Notes: generated by a model from the letters alone, not told the origin. DNA of 64,000 nt from Calditrichia bacterium (GCA_963777955.1 CAVZSQ010000013.1:160001-224000), one strand, 5' to 3'. Positions 23,756 through 33,421 are shown, numbered from the stretch's first letter. Numbers and translations are program-made.

Positions 23756-25552
23756 TTAGGACGATAATTTAAATTTGCTCACGGTACCATTCAGTGATTT
23801 TGAAAGAGATTCCAAATGTATTACTTCATGTTCGGTTTTTTTGGCGCCCTCAGCAGTCTCCCGGGATATCTTCAGAATTTTATCCATGATGGCTACAATA
23901 TCCTGAGTGGATTGCAACTGGTTTTTGGTAGCCCGGGATATCTCTCCGGCTGAAGTGGTCGAAATATTAACTGCATTTAAAATTTCCTTTAAAGCCGATC
24001 CGGCGGCATCAACCATCTTCGTACCTTCCGCAACTTCCCGGTCACCGATCTCCATGGCCATAACAGCCTCGGCTGTGCCATTCTGGATATCATCGATTAA
24101 CTGGGTTATTTCGCCGGCAGCACGACTCGAACGTTCAGCCAGATCACGGATCTCATCGGCAACGATTGAAAAACCTTTGCCGGCAGCACCGGCCCGGGTA
24201 GCTTCAATCGTGGCATTAAGGGCCAGTAGATTGGTACGATTGGCTATCTCACGGATAAAACCGGTAATTTCTCCGATCCGTTCAGAACTATCACCAAGTG
24301 ATTTTACCCGTTTGGAAGTTTCCAGCACTGTATCTTTGATACGTTCCATACCCTCAAGTGATTGTTTCATGATCTGCCCGCTTCGTTCGGCCACTTCCCG
24401 GGTTATCCGTGCTGAATCTGCCGCCCGCAGGGCACTGTTGTCGGTATTACCGGATATAACCGCTACATCATGGGTGACATTGCGCAACTGTTCAATCTCA
24501 TGCGCCTGGTTTTCAGCCCCCGTAGCCATATTTTTACTGGTATTCAAAACATTGCTGGTAAAGGTAGTCACCTGATCCGCCGCTTTTTTGACATCTTTTA
24601 CCAGGCCGCTCAGATCAGAGACCATCAGGTTAAATGAATCGGCCAGAGCGCCCAGTACATCAGCTGTTACCCTGGCATTAACCGTAAAATCCCCTTCCGC
24701 GGCAGCACTGACAATCCTCAATAATTCTTTAGTCTGTTTCTGTAATTTTTCCTTATTCCCTTCCGCCTCAACTTGTTTGTGCAAACTCTTTTCTAACTGC
24801 TCTGTCGTTCGGCCAATCTCAGCCAGATAATTTTTTGCCAGGGGCAGTCTTCTGCTGGTGAAGACGCCGGACCCCAATTGGGTAAATTGCTCAGCGAGGA
24901 TGTCGATATTTTGTTGTAATGGTTTGACGGCAAGCCATAACAACACAATACCGCCTACAAGGAAAATTAAACTGGTTATGATGGCCGGGATCAAATATGC
25001 CTTAATAGCGGGCAGTTTATCACCGACCGGGACATCGATCTGCAGTAAGGCAGCCACAAGATGTTCGCGATTACGCAGGGGAGCGAAGACACTCATGCAG
25101 GTCCGGCCGCGCAGTGCATAAGGAGATTTAATTTCGACTGTACCCCTGTAAAAAGTTGATCCCATTTCGGACAAAAGATTATTATCCTGATCGATTACAT
25201 TCTTATTTTCAGAACTGGCGATATAGGCAGTGAAATTACCCTTGCGGCGCAGGATTTTAACTCCGGCCGGTTCCAGATTATTGGCCAGCTGGATCGATTC
25301 CAATGCTTTATATATTTTTTTATACGCTTCGGTACTATAATCGCCGGGTTTGAGAATCTGCTGTAACAGGGTCCCGTCAATTTGCCCTGCCGCTGTAACC
25401 GCCATGGTCCTCAACTGTGCGGCGATTGCCGCCGTAACCGCTTTTTGCGATAGCAAATATAGCCAGATACTGACAGCAAAAATCAAAACCAAAACCAGAG
25501 GAAACAGGCCAAGCATTGCTTTCTTTACTATTTGAGTACTGGTTTTAGACAT
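23756..25552 (-). CDS. Methyl-accepting chemotaxis protein, PilJ-like
   Basis: Two TM helices flank a ~150-aa periplasmic domain. [30 protein letters not shown]; signalling tip [40 protein letters not shown]. Confidence 0.92.
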   Translation of the reverse strand: MSKTSTQIVKKAMLGLFPLVLVLIFAVSIWLYLLSQKAVTAAIAAQLRTMAVTAAGQIDGTLLQQILKPGDYSTEAYKKIYKALESIQLANNLEPAGVKILRRKGNFTAYIASSENKNVIDQDNNLLSEMGSTFYRGTVEIKSPYALRGRTCMSVFAPLRNREHLVAALLQIDVPVGDKLPAIKAYLIPAIITSLIFLVGGIVLLWLAVKPLQQNIDILAEQFTQLGSGVFTSRRLPLAKNYLAEIGRTTEQLEKSLHKQVEAEGNKEKLQKQTKELLRIVSAAAEGDFTVNARVTADVLGALADSFNLMVSDLSGLVKDVKKAADQVTTFTSNVLNTSKNMATGAENQAHEIEQLRNVTHDVAVISGNTDNSALRAADSARITREVAERSGQIMKQSLEGMERIKDTVLETSKRVKSLGDSSERIGEITGFIREIANRTNLLALNATIEATRAGAAGKGFSIVADEIRDLAERSSRAAGEITQLIDDIQNGTAEAVMAMEIGDREVAEGTKMVDAAGSALKEILNAVNISTTSAGEISRATKNQLQSTQDIVAIMDKILKISRETAEGAKKTEHEVIHLESLSKSLNGTVSKFKLSS

Positions 25553-25569
25553 GGTTGAATCCTGGATTA

Positions 25570-26007
25570 TTACCGGTTTATTTTTTCCATCAAAGTAAAC
25601 ATCTTGTTTACGTCGATCAGATATACCTGCTCGAGTTCATCATAATTGTATGCACCGCGGAGTAAGGGCGTCAACTGTTCCGGTACCGGACCGGCTGAGG
25701 TTTTGATCTTTGCTTCTTCGACAGTGATAAAATCCAATACTTTTTCTACCGCCAAACCTAACAGGTTTTTCTGATATTCAACGATAATAGCCGTACCCAT
25801 GGAAAAACGGCTATTATGTTCAACTCCCCACAATGAACGAAAGTCAATCAACGGAACTATAATTCCACGCAGGTTAAAAACCCCGGCGAATGGTTGCTCC
25901 ACATTCGGCACCGCTGTGATTTTAGGCAGATTAACCACTTCCTTCACCACATCGATATCGATGGCGAACAATTTGTTGGCGATTTTAAAGAGTGAGTAAC
26001 GCATCAT
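25570..26007 (-). CDS. cheW: Chemotaxis coupling protein CheW
   Basis: [12 protein letters not shown]...ITAVPN...[15 protein letters not shown]...GLAVEKV. Confidence 0.92.
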   Translation of the reverse strand: MMRYSLFKIANKLFAIDIDVVKEVVNLPKITAVPNVEQPFAGVFNLRGIIVPLIDFRSLWGVEHNSRFSMGTAIIVEYQKNLLGLAVEKVLDFITVEEAKIKTSAGPVPEQLTPLLRGAYNYDELEQVYLIDVNKMFTLMEKINR

Positions 26008-26040
26008 AAGAATTCTTTTTTAGTTCAATCTGACAACGAA

Positions 26041-27027
26041 TTAACTTAACAAATGTCTTACTTTATCTACCAATTCCTCATCCCGGAAGGGTTTAGGTAA
26101 AAAATCATCTACACCGACTTCCTTGGCACTTTCCACAAGTTGCGGGGCATCTTTACCCGACAACATGATCACCGGGGTTTTTCGGGAAGATTTTATCTTT
26201 TTCAGCACTTCGATTCCATTCATATCCGGCAACATCATATCCAAAATAATCAAATTGGGATTGATTTTATCGATTCCCTCCATCCCGTCCTTGGCGTTGG
26301 TAGCCGTATGGATCAGGTAATCCTCTCCTTCCAGAGCGATCTCCACCATTTTGCGGATGACAATACTATCATCGATGACCATGATCTTTTTCTTAGCAAC
26401 ATCGCTGACCGCTTTTGCCGGTGGCACAACTTTCTCAGGTACAACTTTCTTTATCTCCGGCTTGGTAATTTTTTCCGCCGGCCCTTTAACCGCTGTTAGC
26501 GGTGCCTCCGGGGCCTCACTGATCTCTGCCAGTAAATCTTCAATGCCGGCTTTTTCTTCAACCTCTTCCGCTTCTGCTGCAGGTGTTTCAAACTCATGTT
26601 CCAGATTTATTTCCGGTGCTAAATCCGGTTCGACCGGCGTCAGCGCAGCTGCCGTTTTCTTTTCTTCCGCTGTAAAACTCTCATGAGCCTCGGGCTGTTC
26701 CTGCAGGGCTTGCTCAATTTCAGTCAACTCGGCACTTACCAGTTCCTCTTCCACCGGGGCTGGCAACACCTTCTCTTTTACAGCCGCAGGTTTACGCTCA
26801 ACTTCTTCGACTGCTTTTTCTGCATCCTGGCCGCTGATCAGGTTTTTGGTTTTCAGGGTCCCCAGTGCTAAATTGAGCACCTCTTCCTCTTCTTTGAGCA
26901 GATCTTTCAGTTCCTTCACCGAGGTATTTTCGGTTACCATGAAAAGCACTTTCCATTCTGTATAGGTCAAAGTGAGGTTTTTAATCTTCTCATCTAAATT
27001 TTTTACCCTACTATAAATTTGTTCCAC
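26041..27027 (-). CDS. Response regulator: N-terminal winged-helix-like domain, acidic Glu/Ala/Pro linker, C-terminal REC (PilG/PatA-like)
   Basis: REC motifs IMVIDDS, LIILDMMLPDMNG, PVIMLSGKD, FLPKPF. GTG start. Confidence 0.85.
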   Translation of the reverse strand: MEQIYSRVKNLDEKIKNLTLTYTEWKVLFMVTENTSVKELKDLLKEEEEVLNLALGTLKTKNLISGQDAEKAVEEVERKPAAVKEKVLPAPVEEELVSAELTEIEQALQEQPEAHESFTAEEKKTAAALTPVEPDLAPEINLEHEFETPAAEAEEVEEKAGIEDLLAEISEAPEAPLTAVKGPAEKITKPEIKKVVPEKVVPPAKAVSDVAKKKIMVIDDSIVIRKMVEIALEGEDYLIHTATNAKDGMEGIDKINPNLIILDMMLPDMNGIEVLKKIKSSRKTPVIMLSGKDAPQLVESAKEVGVDDFLPKPFRDEELVDKVRHLLS

Positions 27028-27043
27028 AGTAGTTCCTTTCTTT

Positions 27044-27817
27044 TTATGAAGGATTTGAATTTTGCATTATAATTTCTTCCGCCAACTGTAAATAACCCAC
27101 TGCCCCGGGTGAGGTGATGTCAAATAAAGCCACCGGTTTACCACGGCTTGGCGCTTCAGCTAATTTAGAATTTCTCGGTATTGTGGTTTCAAGTACTGAT
27201 TTCTTTAAACTATATCGGATTTTTTGCAGAATCTCCTGATTCTTTTTTATCCTTTTATCATACATTGTAACGAGAAATCCCTTGAAATACAAGCTGGGAT
27301 TGTGTTTTCTGCTGATCTCCTTGATGGTACGTATAAATTTCCCCAGCGCTTTCAGCGAATAATATTCACACTGCACCGGCACCAGTAAGGAATTGGCCGC
27401 CGTCAACGCGTTGAGAGTGATACTGCCCAGACTGGGCGGACAATCCAGAACGATATATTCATATATTGTTTTATAAGGTGCCAGCACCTGTTTTAGTAAA
27501 CTAAAATTCATAGCATAGCGGAAAAAATCGATCTCCTCTTCTTCTGTATAGACATTGGAGGGAACGATAAAAAGATCCCCCAGTCCAACGTCGATGAAGG
27601 TATCAGCCAGTGGAATGTTTTCAGAAAAAACCTGCAACATACCCTTTTTGATCTTGGTTTCATTCAATTGAAAACTGGCGGCCACGCTACCCTGCGGATC
27701 CATATCGATCAACAAGGTTTTACGGTTTAGAATAGCCAGACTCGCACTTAAATTTACAGCGGTCGTCGTTTTTCCCACTCCACCTTTTTGACTGGCTACA
27801 GCAATAATCTCACCCAT
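27044..27817 (-). CDS. ParA/Soj-family ATPase
   Basis: Deviant Walker A SQKGGVGKTTT, IDMDPQG, LDCPPSLG, VPVQCEYYSL, IPRNSKLAEAPS.G. Confidence 0.92.
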   Translation of the reverse strand: MGEIIAVASQKGGVGKTTTAVNLSASLAILNRKTLLIDMDPQGSVAASFQLNETKIKKGMLQVFSENIPLADTFIDVGLGDLFIVPSNVYTEEEEIDFFRYAMNFSLLKQVLAPYKTIYEYIVLDCPPSLGSITLNALTAANSLLVPVQCEYYSLKALGKFIRTIKEISRKHNPSLYFKGFLVTMYDKRIKKNQEILQKIRYSLKKSVLETTIPRNSKLAEAPSRGKPVALFDITSPGAVGYLQLAEEIIMQNSNPS

Positions 27818-27831
27818 GCAAATTCCGTTGT

Positions 27832-29485
27832 TTACCTTTCCAGCATTGGTATTTTAACTTTATGCTCAGCAGCACAATTTTGTGCTTCGTCATAACCTGC
27901 ATCCACATGGCGGAATATTCCCATCAACGGATCATTGTATAAAACCCGATCCAGGCGTTGATCCATCTCCGGCGAACCATCGGCGACAATAACCTGCCCG
28001 GCATGCTGCGAATAACCGATCCCCACTCCACCTCCATGATGAAACGACACCCAGGACGCACCCGAGGCCACATTCAACAGGCCATTCAATACCGGCCAGT
28101 CACTGATCGCATCGCTGCCGTCCTTCATCCCTTCCGTCTCCCGGTTGGGAGAGGCTACGCTGCCGGTATCCAGATGATCACGGCCTATGACCACCGGGGC
28201 TTTAAGTTCTCCGTTGCGCACCAGTTCATTCAATGCTTTGCCGAACTTGTTGCGTTCACCAAGGCCCAGCCAGCAGATCCGCGCCGGCAATCCCTGGAAA
28301 GCCACCTTTTCCCGGGCCAGGGTAATCCAGCGCCGCAGCGCCCGGTTATCCGGGAAAAGTTCCAGTACCAGTTCATCACTGCGATAAATATCCTCCGGCA
28401 ATCCGGAAAGGGCTACCCAGCGAAAGGGACCTTTACCTTCACAAAATAAGGGCCGTATATAAGCCTGGTACAAAACCAGGATAAGTAAAAGCATCTTTTA
28501 CTCCGGCCTTCATAGCCTGAGCCCTGAGATTATTTCCATAATCAAAAGCGATCGCTCCCCGTTTTTTCATATCCAGAATAGCCTGGCAGTGCCGGGCCAT
28601 CGATTGATAAGACAACTTTATATATTTTTGCGGATTGGACTTGCGTAAATCCAGGGCCTCCCGGTAAGGAAGATCATGCGGGATATAGCCGCTTAATTCG
28701 TCATGCGCGGAGGTCTGGTCGGTAATGATATCAGGAATGATGCCGCGTTTGACCATTTCGGGAAGCACCTGTGCCGCATTGCCCAGTAATCCGACCGAAA
28801 GCGGTTTTTTATCGGTAATCGCTTTCTGACAGGTCTTGATAGCAAAATCAAGATTATCAACCCACTGATCAAGATATTTTGTCTGTAACCGGCGCATGAT
28901 GCGTTGCTGGTCCACTTCCACAATCAGGGCTACTCCACCGTTCATGGTAACAGCTAAAGGCTGAGCTCCGCCCATTCCACCTAAGCCGGCCGATACAACC
29001 AATTTTCCGGATAAATCATGAGCGGGATATTGCCGGGCAATTGCGGCAAAAGTTTCATAGGTGCCCTGCAATATGCCCTGTGAACCTATATAGATCCAAC
29101 TGCCCGCGGTCATCTGACCGTACATGATCAGACCTTTCTGATCGAGTTCTCTGAATTTTTCCCAGGTGGCCCAGGCCGGCACCAGATTGGAATTGGCGAT
29201 CAGGACACGGGGAGCATGGGTATAAGTACGGGCAACCCCCACGGGTTTTCCGGACTGCACCAGCAGGGTTTCATCATTTTCCAGATTCTTCAAAGCTTTC
29301 ACGATAGCATGGTAACATTCCCAGTTGCGGGCGGCTTTGCCCAGCCCGCCATAGACTATCAGCTCAGCAGGTTTTTCCGCCACCTCCGGATCCAGATTAT
29401 TCATCAGCATGCGCAGAGCCGCTTCCTGCTGCCAGCCTTTGCAGCTGATCCTGCTGCCCCGCGCTGCCCGCACTTCAGTTACCAT
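27832..29485 (-). CDS. hutU: Urocanate hydratase; one frameshift near 28464
   Basis: [73 protein letters not shown] at 29485 with a GGAG RBS. Confidence 0.95.
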
Positions 29486-30620
29486 TTTTATCTCCACGGT
29501 AATCGAGCAACTGCAGATTATAAAAATAATTTTTATTGCCGGCTAAATAATTATAGGAGAACAGCGCAAATCCGCCAAAACCCGCCTGCCGTACCGCTTT
29601 CAATCTTTTCTGTACAGCGTCTTCATTCTGGTTATAAGTAGAAATACCCATAATAATTTTTTCCCGTTCGGGCGTATCCTGCAATTGATTCAGCACCTTT
29701 ACAAAATCTTTCCACTCGGTGCGATAGTTCATCAGGACAACGTTATCGCAATACTGGTTGCGAATCCAGTTTTGCCAGTCCTGGAAATAGCGGAACTTTG
29801 CTTCCACCGGATCCGGTTTGACGGCAACCGATAACTCCAGATTGTTTTTCTTTTCTTTCACAGTTCTATAAATCTCGCTTAAATAGTTGCTGAGTGACTG
29901 TTGTAAAAACCGGCGATACTCTTTGTCTGCATGCTGAAAAACTCCATAACCATAATAGTTGACAAACTTTTCAGGATCGCTGTACAATTTCTGCGGATCA
30001 AGAAAATGATCCAGACGGAAATTTGTGCGGCTATCTGCCGTAAATGAATATTCTACATCGGGATAACGAAAATAATCCAGATGGATACCATTTATTAGAT
30101 ATTTATCGGCAACTTCCATCAAAACATTTAACAAATACTTATTAATATCAATACTTTGCGGATCGAGAAAGTACCCCTCAATCCCTGCCTTCTTCAGATC
30201 GGCATACTCGGGCAGCTGCTCTTTGGCTAAAATATACCGGGGAAAACGATTGAATGAATGATTCTTTTCCGGGGGCGGTTGGGCTCCGGACCAGATATAA
30301 AACATGTTGATCCAGGCATGTACACGGATATTATAATTTTCACACATTTTGATGAGCAAATTGAGCGGATCGTAATCATTCGAGATGAAAGACGCCCGCG
30401 GTTCGATATCACTCAGATAATAACAGCGTCCCAGCGCCCGCACCTGGACATAGATATCGCTGATGTCCGCAGATGCAGCAGTGTTAACAATTTTTTGCAA
30501 TTCGGCAGGACTACCCAAAGCATCCCGGACAACCCAGATCGCCCGTTTTTCAGGTCTGGCCTCCTGGGCGAGAGCAAAAACAGATGTCAAAAAAAATAAC
30601 AAAAGTTTAAATGGGTGCAT
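29475..30620 (-). CDS. Secreted glycoside hydrolase-like protein, GHL10/YddW (DUF187) family
   Basis: Signal peptide; [38 protein letters not shown] motifs. Confidence 0.85.
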   Translation of the reverse strand: MHPFKLLLFFLTSVFALAQEARPEKRAIWVVRDALGSPAELQKIVNTAASADISDIYVQVRALGRCYYLSDIEPRASFISNDYDPLNLLIKMCENYNIRVHAWINMFYIWSGAQPPPEKNHSFNRFPRYILAKEQLPEYADLKKAGIEGYFLDPQSIDINKYLLNVLMEVADKYLINGIHLDYFRYPDVEYSFTADSRTNFRLDHFLDPQKLYSDPEKFVNYYGYGVFQHADKEYRRFLQQSLSNYLSEIYRTVKEKKNNLELSVAVKPDPVEAKFRYFQDWQNWIRNQYCDNVVLMNYRTEWKDFVKVLNQLQDTPEREKIIMGISTYNQNEDAVQKRLKAVRQAGFGGFALFSYNYLAGNKNYFYNLQLLDYRGDKNGN

Positions 30621-30726
30621 GCTGGTTATTTATTTAAAAAAATCTATAAAATTTATAAAAGTGTGACAAGATTTGCAAGGTTAAGATTTTTATAAGCTTA
30701 AGGAGGATATTTTTGAGAGATGTCTG

Positions 30727-30886
30727 GTGGAAAAAGGAAAAAGGGTAAAGGGAAAAGGAAAAAGAGGTGAAGAGGTTAAAGGGTAAAAAGGAATACAGAA
30801 AAAGACAATGAGGCACTGAGTAAGAGACAAAGAGACAGAGAGACATAGGGACAAAGTAAAAAGATACTGGAGACCAGAGAAATAAA
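30727..30886 (+). repeat. Purine-rich degenerate ~8-nt tandem repeat tract
   Basis: Units such as GAGGTGAA/GAGGTTAA/AGGGTAAA and CAAAGAGA/CAGAGAGA/CATAGGGA; almost all A/G on the plus strand. Confidence 0.6.
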
Positions 30887-30895
30887 TTACCAACT

Positions 30896-30943
30896 GTCAT
30901 CCCGGGCATGTCGAAGACCTGGCGCAAACAGGACCCAGGATCT
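30896..30943 (+). repeat. REP-like element (GTCAT...ATCT type)
   Basis: GTCATCCCGGGC...GACCCAGGATCT, 48 bp, with imperfectly complementary ends. Confidence 0.45.
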
Positions 30944-31008
30944 GAATCATCTTCCACATTTCTGATACTTTAAAGGATGCTAATAGCCTATCTGGATAGT
31001 TTCTACTA

Positions 31009-31120
31009 GTAGCCGCGATCTTCAGATCGCGTTGATCAAGTAGTGATCATCCTGTTTTCGTGATCATGTACTGGTAGCCGCAACTCTTGAGTTGCGGTGT
31101 TGATGCCTTTGGCATCAACA
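31009..31120 (+). repeat. Cluster of GTAG-footed REP-like palindromes
   Basis: GTAG-C-CGCGATC-TTCA-GATCGCG (31009-31031), GTAG-CCGCAACTC-TT-GAGTTGCGG (31074-31097) and an adjacent perfect hairpin TGTTGATGCC-TTT-GGCATCAACA (31098-31120). Confidence 0.6.
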
Positions 31121-31151
31121 GATCATAGAAAACGACTTGCACTAAGTAATT

Positions 31152-31508
31152 TTATCTTCCGTGACCGACTTTTAATATTTTGCAGTCACTCTTTTGAATT
31201 TCAATATATGCTACTCCGCCTCTGTAATCAGATTTATATTCAGACGTCCCTTGCACTATCCAGATCTGACCATCTCTCAGCTCCGCTTTAAAAGGTTTTT
31301 CATCATTTACATTAATCATAGTTCCATAGAGTGGCTGCCAAATAGCTTCAGCTATTTTGATTGCAGTAATTTCATCGGGGACAAATCCATTAGGCGGAAT
31401 GGATGTATATTCTTCCGCTTTATTTTTTCCAAAAAATTGATAGCTGGCAAAAGTTAATATTATTAAGAGTATAATTAGTGTCAAGGACCAAACATTTTTA
31501 ACTCTCAT
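31152..31508 (-). CDS. NTF2-fold immunity-like protein (YbbC/YhhH, Imm-NTF2-2 type) with N-terminal membrane anchor/signal
   Basis: Family-like pattern GFVPDEITAIKIAEAIW.PLYG...EKPFKAEL...WIVQGT...GGVAYIEIQKSDCKILKVGHGR. Confidence 0.75.
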   Translation of the reverse strand: MRVKNVWSLTLIILLIILTFASYQFFGKNKAEEYTSIPPNGFVPDEITAIKIAEAIWQPLYGTMINVNDEKPFKAELRDGQIWIVQGTSEYKSDYRGGVAYIEIQKSDCKILKVGHGR

Positions 31509-31637
31509 AGGTTATCCTCTGGTTAATGATCATTCTATATATATTCTGCTTTGGGATAAAAAGTGAATACAATTGAACAATTGCGGCTTTGGTGATAATA
31601 TAGCGCCGATAAAAGAAAGAGAAAAATAGTATTTATA

Positions 31638-33245
31638 TTATTGTATCAATTTATAAACAATTCCTCTGATGCCTTTTAACAAGAGGTCATCGATGGTACC
31701 CTGAATATCCTCAGTGGGCATAGATTTTATATTCCCGGTTTCTACATCAATCATTTTAAGCGATACTGAATAGTACTGGCCAATTTTACTTACATTCCCT
31801 CCGACAATGTATTTGACATTTAATAATTTACCCATCTGGGCCAGATTTTCGTCGGAAGTAACTCCTGTTTGCTGCAGACTTTGTTCGTTCAGCAGCAGGC
31901 CCATTTCTTCACGCTCCAGGACATTGAATTTATAAGTGTTGAATAATTCCGACCGGACCCGGGTTGTTAAGGCCAGGGATTCTTCCCTGGATAAACCCTG
32001 TGTGTTTAAATCGATCACGGCGATATTTAATCGGGATCCGCTTCCGCTATCCTTAACCTGCTCTCTTTGCCTGATTAAATCCGGGTCATTCAGGCTCAGA
32101 TTATGAATTTGCGGGCTTAGTCCCGGATAGAGAAACTTGTCATCAGTATAACCATCACGAAATACTTTAAATTTTAATTTTGAACCGAAACTGAATTGTG
32201 GAAGTATAGCAGAAACAAATTCCGCGACCGTTTTACCGCGCAGGGCAATTCCGCCGAATTCCAGTAATATATCGCCTCTCTTTAATCCGGCCAGCTCGGC
32301 AGGTCCATTTTTCAGGATGCCAATGACTTTCAATCCGTCGGTCACATTTTTCAATTCAATGCCCAGGGTATTCTTTTTTCCGAAGACTTTGAACGCCTCT
32401 TCATATCTGCCCTGCGCCACATGGTTAAATCCTAAATAGAATGTTACATCTTTCTTTTCCGCATCAGTTTCTAAGCGGTTTTGTATTGTGGTTAAGAGAT
32501 CCATAGCTTTATCATATTCACCCATGGCCTGATAAACCTTGCATAAAGCGATATAACTGTAATTGACCGGTTTTATTTTGATGGACTCCTTAAACTGTTC
32601 AATGGCGTCATAGTACATTTGTAAATAGTAATAATTCCAGCCCAGTCTATTATGCGGCAACCATGAAGCTGCATTTTGAGGATGTAATTCGGCAAATTTT
32701 AAATAATATTTAAGCGAGGTTTCGTAATCCTCCAGCGCGTTATAACACAGGCCCAGCCAGTTATAATTATCGTAGGATTCTTTTATTGTATTGGCTTTTA
32801 TAAGATTTTCGATGGCCTCATTATATTTATGCAGGTTATAATATGAGTAACCCAGCCATTGATAGCAAGAGGCTTCCTGCGGTTTAAATTTTCTGGATAG
32901 GGAGAAATTCAGCAGGGCTTTTTCATAATCTTGCAGCGCATAATAGCATTCCCCCAGGCCTAAATAGTTATCCCAGACCTCGTTTATAGTATTTGCCTTA
33001 TTAAGATTTTCAATTGCCAGATCGTATTTAGCCAGCCGGTAATAAGTCCAGCCTAGCCAGTGGTAGGGCGGCATCTCTTTTGGTTTTGATTCCACCCATT
33101 TTAAGAAATTGGGCAGAGCCTCTTCATATCTGCCTGCCTTATATAAAGTCTGACCCTGGTTCATAGAAGATTCAGCATCTTGAGAAAAACTAGTGAAAGG
33201 TACGCTGACCATTAGTAAAGAAATGACCATCCATAAGCGTGACAT
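31638..33245 (-). CDS. Secreted TPR-repeat + PDZ + CsgG/HfaB-like domain protein
   Basis: Signal peptide; about 7-8 TPR units (LGWTYY..., LGECYY..., LGYSYY...); PDZ (LGIEL...GPAELAGLKRGDILL); C-terminal IAVIDL...FNVLERE.M..LL.EQ.LQQTG...MGKLL.V.YIV.G.V...MIDVETG.I. Confidence 0.75.
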   Translation of the reverse strand: MSRLWMVISLLMVSVPFTSFSQDAESSMNQGQTLYKAGRYEEALPNFLKWVESKPKEMPPYHWLGWTYYRLAKYDLAIENLNKANTINEVWDNYLGLGECYYALQDYEKALLNFSLSRKFKPQEASCYQWLGYSYYNLHKYNEAIENLIKANTIKESYDNYNWLGLCYNALEDYETSLKYYLKFAELHPQNAASWLPHNRLGWNYYYLQMYYDAIEQFKESIKIKPVNYSYIALCKVYQAMGEYDKAMDLLTTIQNRLETDAEKKDVTFYLGFNHVAQGRYEEAFKVFGKKNTLGIELKNVTDGLKVIGILKNGPAELAGLKRGDILLEFGGIALRGKTVAEFVSAILPQFSFGSKLKFKVFRDGYTDDKFLYPGLSPQIHNLSLNDPDLIRQREQVKDSGSGSRLNIAVIDLNTQGLSREESLALTTRVRSELFNTYKFNVLEREEMGLLLNEQSLQQTGVTSDENLAQMGKLLNVKYIVGGNVSKIGQYYSVSLKMIDVETGNIKSMPTEDIQGTIDDLLLKGIRGIVYKLIQ

Positions 33246-33388
33246 TTGAATTCCTTCTTTAAATATTTATTAAGCATTAATAATGAGATTCATGTTATCA
33301 ATTATCGTACATATAGAGAATTATCTGAGCAGGAAAGTTATATAATAAAAGGCACTAAGGCAGATAGTAGGGATGCCCGGTCATCAAT

Positions 33389-33419
33389 CACCTCCGAAGT
33401 TATCAGAACCCCGGAGGTG
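33389..33419. repeat. Intergenic palindrome (REP-like) just beyond the superoperon terminator
   Basis: CACCTCCG-AAGTTATCAGAACCC-CGGAGGTG; the stem extends on the minus strand through G-U pairs. Confidence 0.4.
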
Positions 33420-33421
33420 GT

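Noticed and set aside
30634..30957. Minus-strand 107-aa Phe/Ser/Leu-rich ORF (and 30690-30893)
   Set aside because: Translation of the low-complexity purine tract; no protein-like features.
30727..31120. Possible CRISPR array or attC cassette array in the repeat-rich intergenic region
   Set aside because: No identical repeats with regular unique spacers, no cas or integrase gene, and the hairpins lack clear attC R-box ends.
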